64,000 bases of DNA, taken from positions 5,149 to 69,148 of the forward strand of contig JBEKON010000002.1 of the NCBI GenBank assembly GCA_049521735.1, in the 5' to 3' direction. The DNA comes from Verrucomicrobiota bacterium. Lineage in GTDB: Bacteria; Verrucomicrobiota; Verrucomicrobiia; Limisphaerales; UBA11358. Below are positions 17,610-25,782 of this stretch, piece after piece; positions within the stretch are counted from its first letter, which is position 1; every line of letters starts with the position of its first letter. The position numbers and the translations under genes were made by a program. The notes beneath the pieces were generated by a model. It saw only the letters and a program-made list of their open reading frames with translations. It had not been told where the DNA came from and did no database searches.

Positions 17610-19078
17610 TATTTTCTCCGACGCAGCCAGACCAATCCACCCAGTGCCAGCACACTGCCGGGCAACGCGCCCAGCAACAGCCAGCGGACATTGCGCTGCT
17701 GCACCCGTGTCATCATGAGCCGGAATTCAGTGACGGGACGCGGCCCGATGCCTTCGAGCAAGGTTGGGCGATCGAGCAACCAATTGACCGCGTAGCCGAC
17801 GAAATTACGATTAGCGCCGGATTCAATTTGACGGTTGTCGAGAAACAACGAATCACCCGCAACAACGATGCGCGTGCTGCCGCGAGGGTTGGCGACACCC
17901 TTGACCGAATTTTGTTCCACCGCCGCCATCAAGGGGTAACGACGCGGTGGCAGGCCTCGTTCGCCCACGAGCACGGAATTGAGGCCGGAGAAGGCAAGCT
18001 CTTCCACCTTCAGCGCATCGGCGGGTGGGGTTTGCCGGTCTATGCGGCTGACGGGCCGCGGCAAAATCAATTGCAACGCGAGTTGTGTGAGCGGATTGGC
18101 AACAGGGTGCTGGCTGAAGTTCAGGACGATCACGTCCTGGCCGGAAATGGTGTGTTCCGGGTCCCGCACCACGTCGGCGCCGACGTTCACACCCCATTGC
18201 TTGAGGATGTCTTCAATGCCGGTCGGTTCTCGAATGGAAGAATAGTCAAGCAGCGCCAGCAGCCGTCCGCCCTGCGAAAGATATTGATCAATCTTTTGCA
18301 GTTCGAGGTTTGAGAACATGGTTCTCGGTCCGGCGATGATGAGCAGGTTGCAATCCGCCGGCACGGGATTGTCACCCAACAATTCAAGAGGCTGCACTTG
18401 AATATAGTTTTGCTCCAAAATGGCGGCGAATTTCAGGTAGCCGGTTTCGCTGCTGTCGGTGAGCGACGGCTCGCCGTGGCCTTGCAGAAAATATGCCTTG
18501 AACGGCTTGGGATTTGTGACAGCAAGCAGCATCGAGGTGAACATCATCTCGCCGCGAAACGCGACCGGCTTGCGGCGAAATTCACGCTCCTTTTCGTTCG
18601 GGATTTGCTCCAGTGTGTACTGCGTCAGAGCATTGCCGTTGGCAATTTTAGTTCGTCCGTCGCAATCGAAGATGATAAGGTTTTTGTCGGTCGGCGAATT
18701 AAGTTTATATTGAGCCTTGATTTTCTCCGCTTCGCCGGCGTCGCGCACGTAATCCACGGTCCTCACGGAAATGTTCGGGCTCACCGAGCGATACTCGTTC
18801 AACAACGCGACGATGGTTGGGTAGAAATCATCCTGCCTGTCGTAGTACAATGTCACGGTGATGCGGTTTGTCAGCGAATGAAGAACGCTGACAGTGCGCG
18901 GGGATAATTCGACGCGCGTTTGCGAACTGAGATAAAATCGTCTGGGGAAAAGTCCGCCGAGATAATTCACCATCACCACGACGGCCAGCACCAGGACTGT
19001 TCGCACAACCACGCCGAAGCCGATTTTCCATCGGCGGCTTGGCAAGAAACTGGGTTGGGGCTTTGGATGGGTTGCCAT
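17609..19078 (-). CDS. GldG-like auxiliary component of ABC-type transport system
   Basis: The start was moved to the ATG at 19078, 1 nt after the permease stop (TAAAATG); the track gives 19108. N-terminal TM segment, then YLSSQTRVELSPRTVSVLHSLTNRITVTLYYDRQD...LLNEY, typical of the GldG family. There is also a C-terminal TM segment (LLLGALPGSVLALGGLVWL). Confidence 0.7.
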   Translation of the reverse strand: MATHPKPQPSFLPSRRWKIGFGVVVRTVLVLAVVVMVNYLGGLFPRRFYLSSQTRVELSPRTVSVLHSLTNRITVTLYYDRQDDFYPTIVALLNEYRSVSPNISVRTVDYVRDAGEAEKIKAQYKLNSPTDKNLIIFDCDGRTKIANGNALTQYTLEQIPNEKEREFRRKPVAFRGEMMFTSMLLAVTNPKPFKAYFLQGHGEPSLTDSSETGYLKFAAILEQNYIQVQPLELLGDNPVPADCNLLIIAGPRTMFSNLELQKIDQYLSQGGRLLALLDYSSIREPTGIEDILKQWGVNVGADVVRDPEHTISGQDVIVLNFSQHPVANPLTQLALQLILPRPVSRIDRQTPPADALKVEELAFSGLNSVLVGERGLPPRRYPLMAAVEQNSVKGVANPRGSTRIVVAGDSLFLDNRQIESGANRNFVGYAVNWLLDRPTLLEGIGPRPVTEFRLMMTRVQQRNVRWLLLGALPGSVLALGGLVWLRRRK

Positions 19079-19079
19079 T

Positions 19080-19832
19080 TTATTTCCAGCGCCGGCTTTC
19101 CACGACACGCAGGGTCAGAAACAAAAAAAACAGTGTGAGGCTCACGTAAAAAATCACCGTGCGCGTGTCCACCACGCCACGCGCGAAATCTCCCATCTGG
19201 CTGAACAAGTTGAAATAGGACAACACGTGTATCTTCCATTGCGCCGCTGCCGAAATCGCTTCAGCCAGGAATCCGAGTGAGAACAGACTTACGCCGAGCA
19301 CGAAACTGATTGCCGCCGCCGCCATTTGACTGCGTGTGAGTGCTGAAGCAAAGCAGCCTAGCGACAAAAACAGGCAACCGACCAGAAACACGCCCAGATA
19401 CATCCCGCCAATCGTACCCAAGTCCAGTGTGCCCGGCTGATTCGTGAAATGCCGCACTGCAAAGAGGCACGGCAGCATGGGCATCCACATTATGGTGTAA
19501 AAAATGATTGCCGCCGTGAATTTCGCCGCAACCACCTGCAAGTCCTCCACAGGCGTCGTCATCAGTGTTTCGAACGTGCCGGAAAGTTTTTCCAGCGCAA
19601 ACAATCGCATTGTGATGACCGGTGCAGCCAGCAGCACGATGAGCCAGAAAAAGTAAGTCCGGTAAAACAATTCCGTCACCGGCATTGATGACGGGTCGCT
19701 GCCGAGGTTCGTCATCAGCACCACGAAACTCAACGCGATCAAAAACGTCACCGCGGCGATAATGACGTAACCGGTGATGGAAAAGAAAAACGCCGCCAAT
19801 TCCCGGCGCGCGAGCGTCCAGAAAATTTTCAT
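19080..19832 (-). CDS. ABC-2 type transporter permease (GldF-like)
   Basis: 250-aa ORF with six predicted hydrophobic segments. Its start overlaps the ATPase stop as ATGA (19829-19832). Confidence 0.75.
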   Translation of the reverse strand: MKIFWTLARRELAAFFFSITGYVIIAAVTFLIALSFVVLMTNLGSDPSSMPVTELFYRTYFFWLIVLLAAPVITMRLFALEKLSGTFETLMTTPVEDLQVVAAKFTAAIIFYTIMWMPMLPCLFAVRHFTNQPGTLDLGTIGGMYLGVFLVGCLFLSLGCFASALTRSQMAAAAISFVLGVSLFSLGFLAEAISAAAQWKIHVLSYFNLFSQMGDFARGVVDTRTVIFYVSLTLFFLFLTLRVVESRRWK

Positions 19833-20794
19833 TCGCCTTCCTCCTCCTCGTTCGGCTTCGTGACCTGCACGTAAATGTCTTCCAGCGAATGGCGGTTACG
19901 CGTCAATTCGCGCAATACCCAGCCGTGTTGCAATGCCAGTGTGAAAATGATCGAACGCAAATCCAATCCATCACGCGGCGTCAGGGTGCAGTGTTGAAAT
20001 TCACCTTCACCCGCCGATACGGTAAAATGTTCTATCTCAGGCACTTGCGACAAACATTCGCGCAGCGCGTCGGGTGGCGCGGCAAGCTCAACGATGATTT
20101 GACTGCTCCCCGCCATGAGCCGTTGCAGATTTTCCGGCGTATCGGCGGCGAGAATTTTGCCGTTGTGCATGATGAGCACCCGGTTGCACATCATTTCTGC
20201 TTCGGGAAGAATGTGCGTTGAAATCAGCACCGTATGCGCTTGGGCAAGATTTTTGATCAATTGCCGCACTGTGCGAATCTGATGCGGGTCGAGGCCGATG
20301 GTCGGTTCATCAAGGATGAGCAATTCCGGATCATGCACCAGCACGTCCGCCATTCCCACGCGCTGCCGATAACCTTTCGACAATTGCCCGATGATGCGGC
20401 GGCTCACGTCCGTCAATCCGCATTGTTCCATCACCGTGTTAACGCGCTCGCGCAAACGCCGCCAGTCCAGCCCTTTGATCCTCGCGCGAAATTTCAAGTA
20501 TTCGCGCACGCGCATTTCGGGATACAGCGGATTGTTCTCGGGCATGTAACCGATTCGCCGCCGCACCTCCGCCGATTCGTGGAACGCGTCGAAGCCCGCG
20601 ACGCGCACCGTGCCGGATGTCGCCGGCAGGTAACACGCAAGAATCCGCATCGTCGTGCTTTTGCCCGCACCGTTCGGGCCGAGCAGCCCGACGATTTCGC
20701 CGCGGGCGACCGTGAACGAAATGTCCGCGACCGCCGTGCGACCCGCATAGCGTTTCGTCAGGTTCGCCACTTCAATCATCACGTTATCGTTCAT
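19829..20794 (-). CDS. ABC transporter ATP-binding protein (GldA-like)
   Basis: The start was moved to the ATG at 20794 (MNDNVMIEVANLTKRY); the track ORF begins at 20893. Walker A is GLLGPNGAGKSTT, the signature motif is LSKGYRQRV, and Walker B is LLILDEPTIGLD. Confidence 0.9.
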   Translation of the reverse strand: MNDNVMIEVANLTKRYAGRTAVADISFTVARGEIVGLLGPNGAGKSTTMRILACYLPATSGTVRVAGFDAFHESAEVRRRIGYMPENNPLYPEMRVREYLKFRARIKGLDWRRLRERVNTVMEQCGLTDVSRRIIGQLSKGYRQRVGMADVLVHDPELLILDEPTIGLDPHQIRTVRQLIKNLAQAHTVLISTHILPEAEMMCNRVLIMHNGKILAADTPENLQRLMAGSSQIIVELAAPPDALRECLSQVPEIEHFTVSAGEGEFQHCTLTPRDGLDLRSIIFTLALQHGWVLRELTRNRHSLEDIYVQVTKPNEEEEGE

Positions 20795-21042
20795 CGAAAC
20801 CTCGCGGAGTTTAGCTGGAAAATCATGATTTCGGCCAACAAAAACTCCATCACGAAGCAACTGAGTGTTTCTATAAACAGGCAAATCCGGCATAAGATGC
20901 GTTCAAAATTTCACGTACCGGCTTGACTTTGCCCCCTTGTCCGCGCAAAAGCAATTTCAAGGTGCCTCTGCCATTTGAAAGTTTTTATGCCGTTTGGCGC
21001 AAACCTCCCGGCGCGGCAAATCTTTTGCGCGATGCAAACGAT

Positions 21043-22404
21043 ATGCCACCCGAGCGTTTGCTCCAATCCATTTGGCGGCATCAATGCTTGCGCCGCGACC
21101 AGCTCAAAACTGCGGATGGAAAAACTGTTCGCGTTTTACATCCCGGTTTTGCCAGCGTCGAAGGCGGGCCGGATTTTCGCGGCGCCGTCATTCAAATCGG
21201 CGACGCCGCGCCGCGTTCCGGTGATGTGGAAATTGACCTGCGCGTCGGCGGCTGGCGCGCCCACGGTCACGACCGCAACCCAAATTTCCAGAACGTCCTG
21301 CTTCATGTCGTTTGGAAAGACGCGCGGCCAATGCCAAATGCGCCTCCAGTTTTGCCGTTGAGCCATTCGTTGGACGCGCCGTTGGGCGAACTCGAATTGT
21401 GGCTGGAAAACGAATCACCGCGCGTCCTGCCCGAAAATTTGCGCGGCCAATGTTGCATGGTGTTGCGCGAATTGGATGAAACGCGCCAAAGCAAAATTTT
21501 GGACTCTGCCGCCCGCGTTCGTTTTCAAGCCAAAGCCGGACAATTTCGCGCCCGCGCCCGGCACGCCGGCTGGGAGCAGGCGCTGTGGGAAGGCCTGTTC
21601 CGTGCGCTCGGCTATAAACACAACGTCTGGCCGATGCAAAATCTGGCTGAATCCCGTTTGCGTTGGGCAAACGGCGCAAATTCAGCGTTTGTGTTGCAGG
21701 CGCGTCTACTCGGCATCAGTGGCTTGCTGCCGGCGGAATTGACTCGCGCGGGAAAAAGCGCCGACGGCTACGTGCGGCGGCTTTGGGATTGCTGGTGGCG
21801 CGAACGCGAGGGATTCAGCGACTGCGTTTTGCCGCGCTCGGTCTGGAAATTTCACGGACTGCGCCCGGCGAATCATCCCCAACGCCGGCTCGCTCTCGTT
21901 GCACATTGGATCGCATCCGGCAATCTCGTTCAAAAACTGGAATGCTGGTGTGCCGCCGGATTGCCGGACAAATCCCTGCTGGTTTCGCTGTGCAAAATTT
22001 TTGAGGCGGAGCGCGATGAATTTTGGTCGTGGCACTGGACATTCCGGTCGGCCCGTTTGAAGAAGCCGCAGCCGCTGCTGGGTGCTGCGCGCGTGACGGA
22101 TTTGGCGGTCAACGTGATTCTGCCGTGGCTTTGGACGCGCGCAGCAGAGGGTAAAAGCGAAAAACTCCAGCGCGTCATCGAACATCGTTATTTTGCGTGG
22201 CCGCCCGCCGGGGACAATTCGGTTTTGCGTCTGGCACGACAGCGTTTGCTCGGAGTCGGGCAAAGCCGCGCGTTGCAAAGCGCCGCCGCGCAGCAGGGGT
22301 TGATTCAAATCACGCGCGACTTTTGCGAGCACTCAAATGCGGTTTGCGAGAATTGCCGGTTCCCGGAATTGGTGCGCGGCTGGAGTGGCCGGATGGCTAC
22401 TTGA
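21043..22404 (+). CDS. DUF2851-family protein
   Basis: The start was moved to the ATG at 21043 (MPPERLLQSIWRHQ...); the track ORF begins at a TTG at 20923. The N-terminal block (LLQSIW...LKTADGKTVRVLHPGFASVEGGPDFRGAVIQIGD...GDVEIDLRVGGWRAHGHDRNPNFQNVLLHVVW) is the DUF2851 hallmark. Confidence 0.65.
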   Translation: MPPERLLQSIWRHQCLRRDQLKTADGKTVRVLHPGFASVEGGPDFRGAVIQIGDAAPRSGDVEIDLRVGGWRAHGHDRNPNFQNVLLHVVWKDARPMPNAPPVLPLSHSLDAPLGELELWLENESPRVLPENLRGQCCMVLRELDETRQSKILDSAARVRFQAKAGQFRARARHAGWEQALWEGLFRALGYKHNVWPMQNLAESRLRWANGANSAFVLQARLLGISGLLPAELTRAGKSADGYVRRLWDCWWREREGFSDCVLPRSVWKFHGLRPANHPQRRLALVAHWIASGNLVQKLECWCAAGLPDKSLLVSLCKIFEAERDEFWSWHWTFRSARLKKPQPLLGAARVTDLAVNVILPWLWTRAAEGKSEKLQRVIEHRYFAWPPAGDNSVLRLARQRLLGVGQSRALQSAAAQQGLIQITRDFCEHSNAVCENCRFPELVRGWSGRMAT

Positions 22405-23134
22405 TTTCGAGTTTTGCGAACGGATCATTCACGAAACCGCCGGATTTTTGTTCGGGCAATTCTTGCGGCGGAGCGGGGTGATTATTCACTGGCATTGTCG
22501 CGCGACCGCCTTCAATTAGCCGTGGACTTTTGGCGCGTTTGTTGCGTGGGAGAGGGCTGACCATCACGTTGATGCCGCGACCGATGCGCTTCGGTTCAAA
22601 ATCGGGATGGCCGTAAGCCGCAATGTCGGCGAGAAATTTGTTGACGACTTGAAATCCGAATTCCGCGTGTGCCATTTCGCGTCCGCGGAATTTCAGGACG
22701 ACTTTCACCTTCATGTCCTCGCACAGGAAATCAATCGCGTGGCCGACTTTCACACCGAGATCGTGCGGGTCAATGCGCGGGCTGAGCTGGATTTCTTTGA
22801 CAGTCGAGGCGTGCTGATGCTTCTTGGATTCCTTTTCCTTCTTGGCCTGTTCGTAACGGAATTTGCCAAAGTCCACCAGCCGGCAAACCGGCGGCGTGGC
22901 CGTGGCGGCGATTTCAACAAGGTCCACGCCATGCTGCCGCGCCATGATGAGCGCCTCATTGAGCAGAATGACGCCGAGTTGCTTGCCGTCCACTCCAATG
23001 ACCCGGACTTCACGGGCACGGATTTTGCCGTTGACCCGGACAAACGAGGCAGGAGAAAAATTGCGTGGAGAAAAAGGGCGGCTCAAGACACCCTCGTCGG
23101 TTGTGGCATAACTGTAAATTTTCGCATCAAGCAA
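22397..23134 (-). CDS. infC: translation initiation factor IF-3 (start codon uncertain, probably non-ATG; ~45-aa C-terminal tail)
   Basis: The conserved core includes INGKIRAREVRVIGVDGKQLGVILLNEALIMARQHGVDLVEIAATATPPVCRLVDFGKFRYEQ and the C-domain KEIQLSPRIDPHDLGVKVGHAIDFLCEDMKVKVVLKFRGREMAH. There is no ATG upstream of the core in this frame; the track start at 23134 is a TTG. Confidence 0.85.
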   Translation of the reverse strand: MLDAKIYSYATTDEGVLSRPFSPRNFSPASFVRVNGKIRAREVRVIGVDGKQLGVILLNEALIMARQHGVDLVEIAATATPPVCRLVDFGKFRYEQAKKEKESKKHQHASTVKEIQLSPRIDPHDLGVKVGHAIDFLCEDMKVKVVLKFRGREMAHAEFGFQVVNKFLADIAAYGHPDFEPKRIGRGINVMVSPLPRNKRAKSPRLIEGGRATMPVNNHPAPPQELPEQKSGGFVNDPFAKLEIK

Positions 23135-23222
23135 ACTGGCACGGCCAGTTCAAAATCTGTTCTACCAATAAGCCTTTCTGGTTGAACATGCAAGCAAATA
23201 ATTGGTGACAAATTCAAGAAAA

Positions 23223-24470
23223 TCACAGACTGATTTTAACGGCTTTAAGCGCGGCTTCATAAATCCGCTTCAATGGCACTTTTGCCCGCGACGCCTGTTT
23301 TTTGCACGATTCAAACTCCGGCGCGGCTTGAACCAACTTTCCGTTGAGCCGGCCAATTTTCACGGCGACATTGCCAAACGGCGTTTTGACTTTTGTGAAT
23401 TCGCGCCGCAGTTTGCGCCGTTCCGCCACTGTCCGCCGCACGCCAAACGCGCTTGTCTCGCGTAAAATCATTTCACTGAATTTGTCCGCGTCGGCTTCTG
23501 CGCACAGAACCGCGAGCAACACGCCAGGCCGGTTTTTTTTCATCTGAATCGGCGTGTGGAAAACATCCAGCGCGCCCGCTGCCAGCGCTGTTTCAACAAA
23601 ATGCCCGAGAACTTCCCCGTTGCTGTCATCAAGATTGGTTTCGAGCACCGCGATGCAGTCCATTTCCCAATCCAGAACTTTGGACTTCGGACTTCTTGCC
23701 CGCCGTAGCCTCGGCGACGGCGGGTGGACTTTGGACTCGGTGCCGAGCACCGCTCGCAACACATTCGGCCTGGTTTCATTGTCGCGCGAGCCAAGCCCGA
23801 AGCCGATTTTTTTCACAACCAAATTCCGCATCGGCCCGAAGCTTTCAGCAAATTCGGCAAGCAACGCCGCGCCGGTGGGCGTGACCAATTCATGCGGTTC
23901 GTCGCACTGCGTAATGCCGATGCCGCGCGTGCCGAGAATCGCCAATGTCGCCGGTGCGGGCACGGGAAATCGCCCGTGTGCGCAATCCACCCAGCCGACA
24001 CCTTCAACAACCGGTGCGGCCAAAACGCGCGGTTTGCCGAGCATTTCAAGCGCGATGCAGGCGCCGACGATGTCCAGAATCGAATCCGCTGCGCCGACTT
24101 CGTGGAAATGCACGTGTTCCGGCGGCAAGCCGTGAATTTTTCCTTCGGCCCCGGCGATGCGCTGGAAGACGGCAACGGACTTTTTCTTCACCCACGACGA
24201 CAATTTACTTCGCGCGATGATCTTTTTAATTTGGGTGAACGTCCGGCTCTTTTCGTGATGGGACGTGTGAATGTTGGTCTCGTGAACATCGAATTGAGTT
24301 CCTGCGATGCCGGACTTTTGTTTGCGCGCGACGCGCAGGCGATAGCCGTCCAGTTTGAGTTTTTTCAACTCGCGCTCCAATTTGCGCGCGTCCACGCCCA
24401 AATCAATCAGCGCGCCAACGAACATGTCGCCGCTGATGCCGCTAAAAATATCGAGATAAAGCGTTTTCAT
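23223..24470 (-). CDS. larC: nickel-pincer cofactor biosynthesis protein LarC (nickel insertion)
   Basis: 415-aa ORF. The N-terminus (MKTLYLDIFSGISGDMFVGALIDLG) and the block HFHEVGAADSILDIVG are LarC/DUF111 hallmarks. The start overlaps the larB stop (24467-24470). Confidence 0.85.
   Translation of the reverse strand: MKTLYLDIFSGISGDMFVGALIDLGVDARKLERELKKLKLDGYRLRVARKQKSGIAGTQFDVHETNIHTSHHEKSRTFTQIKKIIARSKLSSWVKKKSVAVFQRIAGAEGKIHGLPPEHVHFHEVGAADSILDIVGACIALEMLGKPRVLAAPVVEGVGWVDCAHGRFPVPAPATLAILGTRGIGITQCDEPHELVTPTGAALLAEFAESFGPMRNLVVKKIGFGLGSRDNETRPNVLRAVLGTESKVHPPSPRLRRARSPKSKVLDWEMDCIAVLETNLDDSNGEVLGHFVETALAAGALDVFHTPIQMKKNRPGVLLAVLCAEADADKFSEMILRETSAFGVRRTVAERRKLRREFTKVKTPFGNVAVKIGRLNGKLVQAAPEFESCKKQASRAKVPLKRIYEAALKAVKISL
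23682..23739. repeat. composite element inside larC: (GGACTTC)x2, 7-bp inverted repeat, (GGACTYK)x2
   Basis: ggacttc ggacttc ttg cccgccg tagcctcggcga cggcggg t ggacttt ggactcg. The coding strand gives ESKVHPPSPRLRRARSPKSKV. Confidence 0.85.
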
Positions 24471-25249
24471 TTTTCTGCCAGCGCATTGATTTGACTTGCG
24501 GCGTATCCCGCGCCGAAGCCATTGTCAATATTCACAACCGTCACGCCGCTGCCGCAACTGTTCAACATGGCGAGCAGCGCGGCCAGCCCGCCGAAACTGG
24601 CGCCGTAACCGACGCTCGTCGGCACGGCAATCACCGGCTTGGAAACCAAACCCGCGACAACACTCGGCAGCGCGCCTTCCATTCCGGCAACGACAATCAA
24701 CACGTTCGCGCCTTGAATCGCTTCGAGATGCGGGAACAGCCGGTGCAAACCGGAAACGCCGACGTCGCGGACGCGTTCGACCCGATTGCCCATGATTTTG
24801 GCCGTGACAGCGGCTTCTTCCGCCACGGGCAAATCGCTCGTGCCGGCGCAAATGACGGCAATTGTGCCGGCGCGTTTCGGCAAGGGGGATTTTTCAATTG
24901 TCACGCAGCGCGCAAGTTGGTGGTGAACGGCGTGTTTGAATTTTTTACGGAGCGCGCGGGCGTGTTCGGGCGTGACGCGAGTCACGAGCACGCGCTGTTC
25001 GCGTTCCAAAAGTCTGGACGCGATTTTGACAACCTGCCCCGGCGTTTTGCCTGAACCAAAAATCACTTCGGGAAAACCCTTGCGCAACGCGCGGTGCGTG
25101 TCCACTTGCGCGAAGCCGAGGTCGGCGACGGGCGCGGATTGAAATGCGCGCAGAACTTTTTCGCGCGGGATTTTCCCGGTGCGGAACGCCTCCAAAAGTT
25201 TTATGGCTTCACCGGTTGTCACAAGGGCAGCATGGCTTTTCCGCACCAA
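24467..25249 (-). CDS. larB: nickel-pincer cofactor biosynthesis protein LarB (PurE-like carboxylase/hydrolase)
   Basis: 260-aa ORF. VICAGTSDLPVAEEA and VVAGMEGALPSVVAGLVSKPVIAVPTSVGYGASFGGLAALLAMLNSC...VVNIDNGFGAG match the LarB AIR-carboxylase-like fold. Confidence 0.85.
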   Translation of the reverse strand: MVRKSHAALVTTGEAIKLLEAFRTGKIPREKVLRAFQSAPVADLGFAQVDTHRALRKGFPEVIFGSGKTPGQVVKIASRLLEREQRVLVTRVTPEHARALRKKFKHAVHHQLARCVTIEKSPLPKRAGTIAVICAGTSDLPVAEEAAVTAKIMGNRVERVRDVGVSGLHRLFPHLEAIQGANVLIVVAGMEGALPSVVAGLVSKPVIAVPTSVGYGASFGGLAALLAMLNSCGSGVTVVNIDNGFGAGYAASQINALAEK

Positions 25250-25275
25250 ATTGGAAACGGGATATTTTGATGAAA

Positions 25276-25782
25276 TCAGCGGTGATGGCGGAACAAACGG
25301 TTCCGGTTGGCGTAAAGATACCAGACGATGATCACATTAATGGCAAGCACGATCGAAAGTCCGACGGGATGATGGTGCGGCGATTCCGGCCGGCGAACCA
25401 ATTCGAAAATTTCAATCGGGATGAAAAACGCCGATTCGCCAATCGCCAGCCAGATTGCCCACTTCGCGCGAAACGCCAGTCCCAAGCCCAGGACGAGCAG
25501 AAACAATCCGCAGAGAAAGGTGCCTGATGCCAGCACGCGCACATTGCTTGGTGTGACCGTGTCCAACCAATCGCCGATGCTGCTAAAAAACCTGTTTTCG
25601 GGGTCAAGATGTATCCATCGCATGGATTGATTGAATAACTCTTCCAAATCCTTTCCCGCCAACGCGAAAATTCCCAGTGCGGTAAACAGCAAAACCAACC
25701 CCTTGAAAATTTTGATGCCGCTGATGAGATATAGCATCAGCGCGCGCTTCTTCACCTCCGGGGTTTTTATGTTGCCAGCCAT
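25276..25782 (-). CDS. DUF2127-family membrane protein
   Basis: 168-aa ORF with four hydrophobic segments. The N-terminal block (ALMLYLISGIKIFKGLVLLFTALGIFAL) is typical of DUF2127. Confidence 0.55.
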   Translation of the reverse strand: MAGNIKTPEVKKRALMLYLISGIKIFKGLVLLFTALGIFALAGKDLEELFNQSMRWIHLDPENRFFSSIGDWLDTVTPSNVRVLASGTFLCGLFLLVLGLGLAFRAKWAIWLAIGESAFFIPIEIFELVRRPESPHHHPVGLSIVLAINVIIVWYLYANRNRLFRHHR

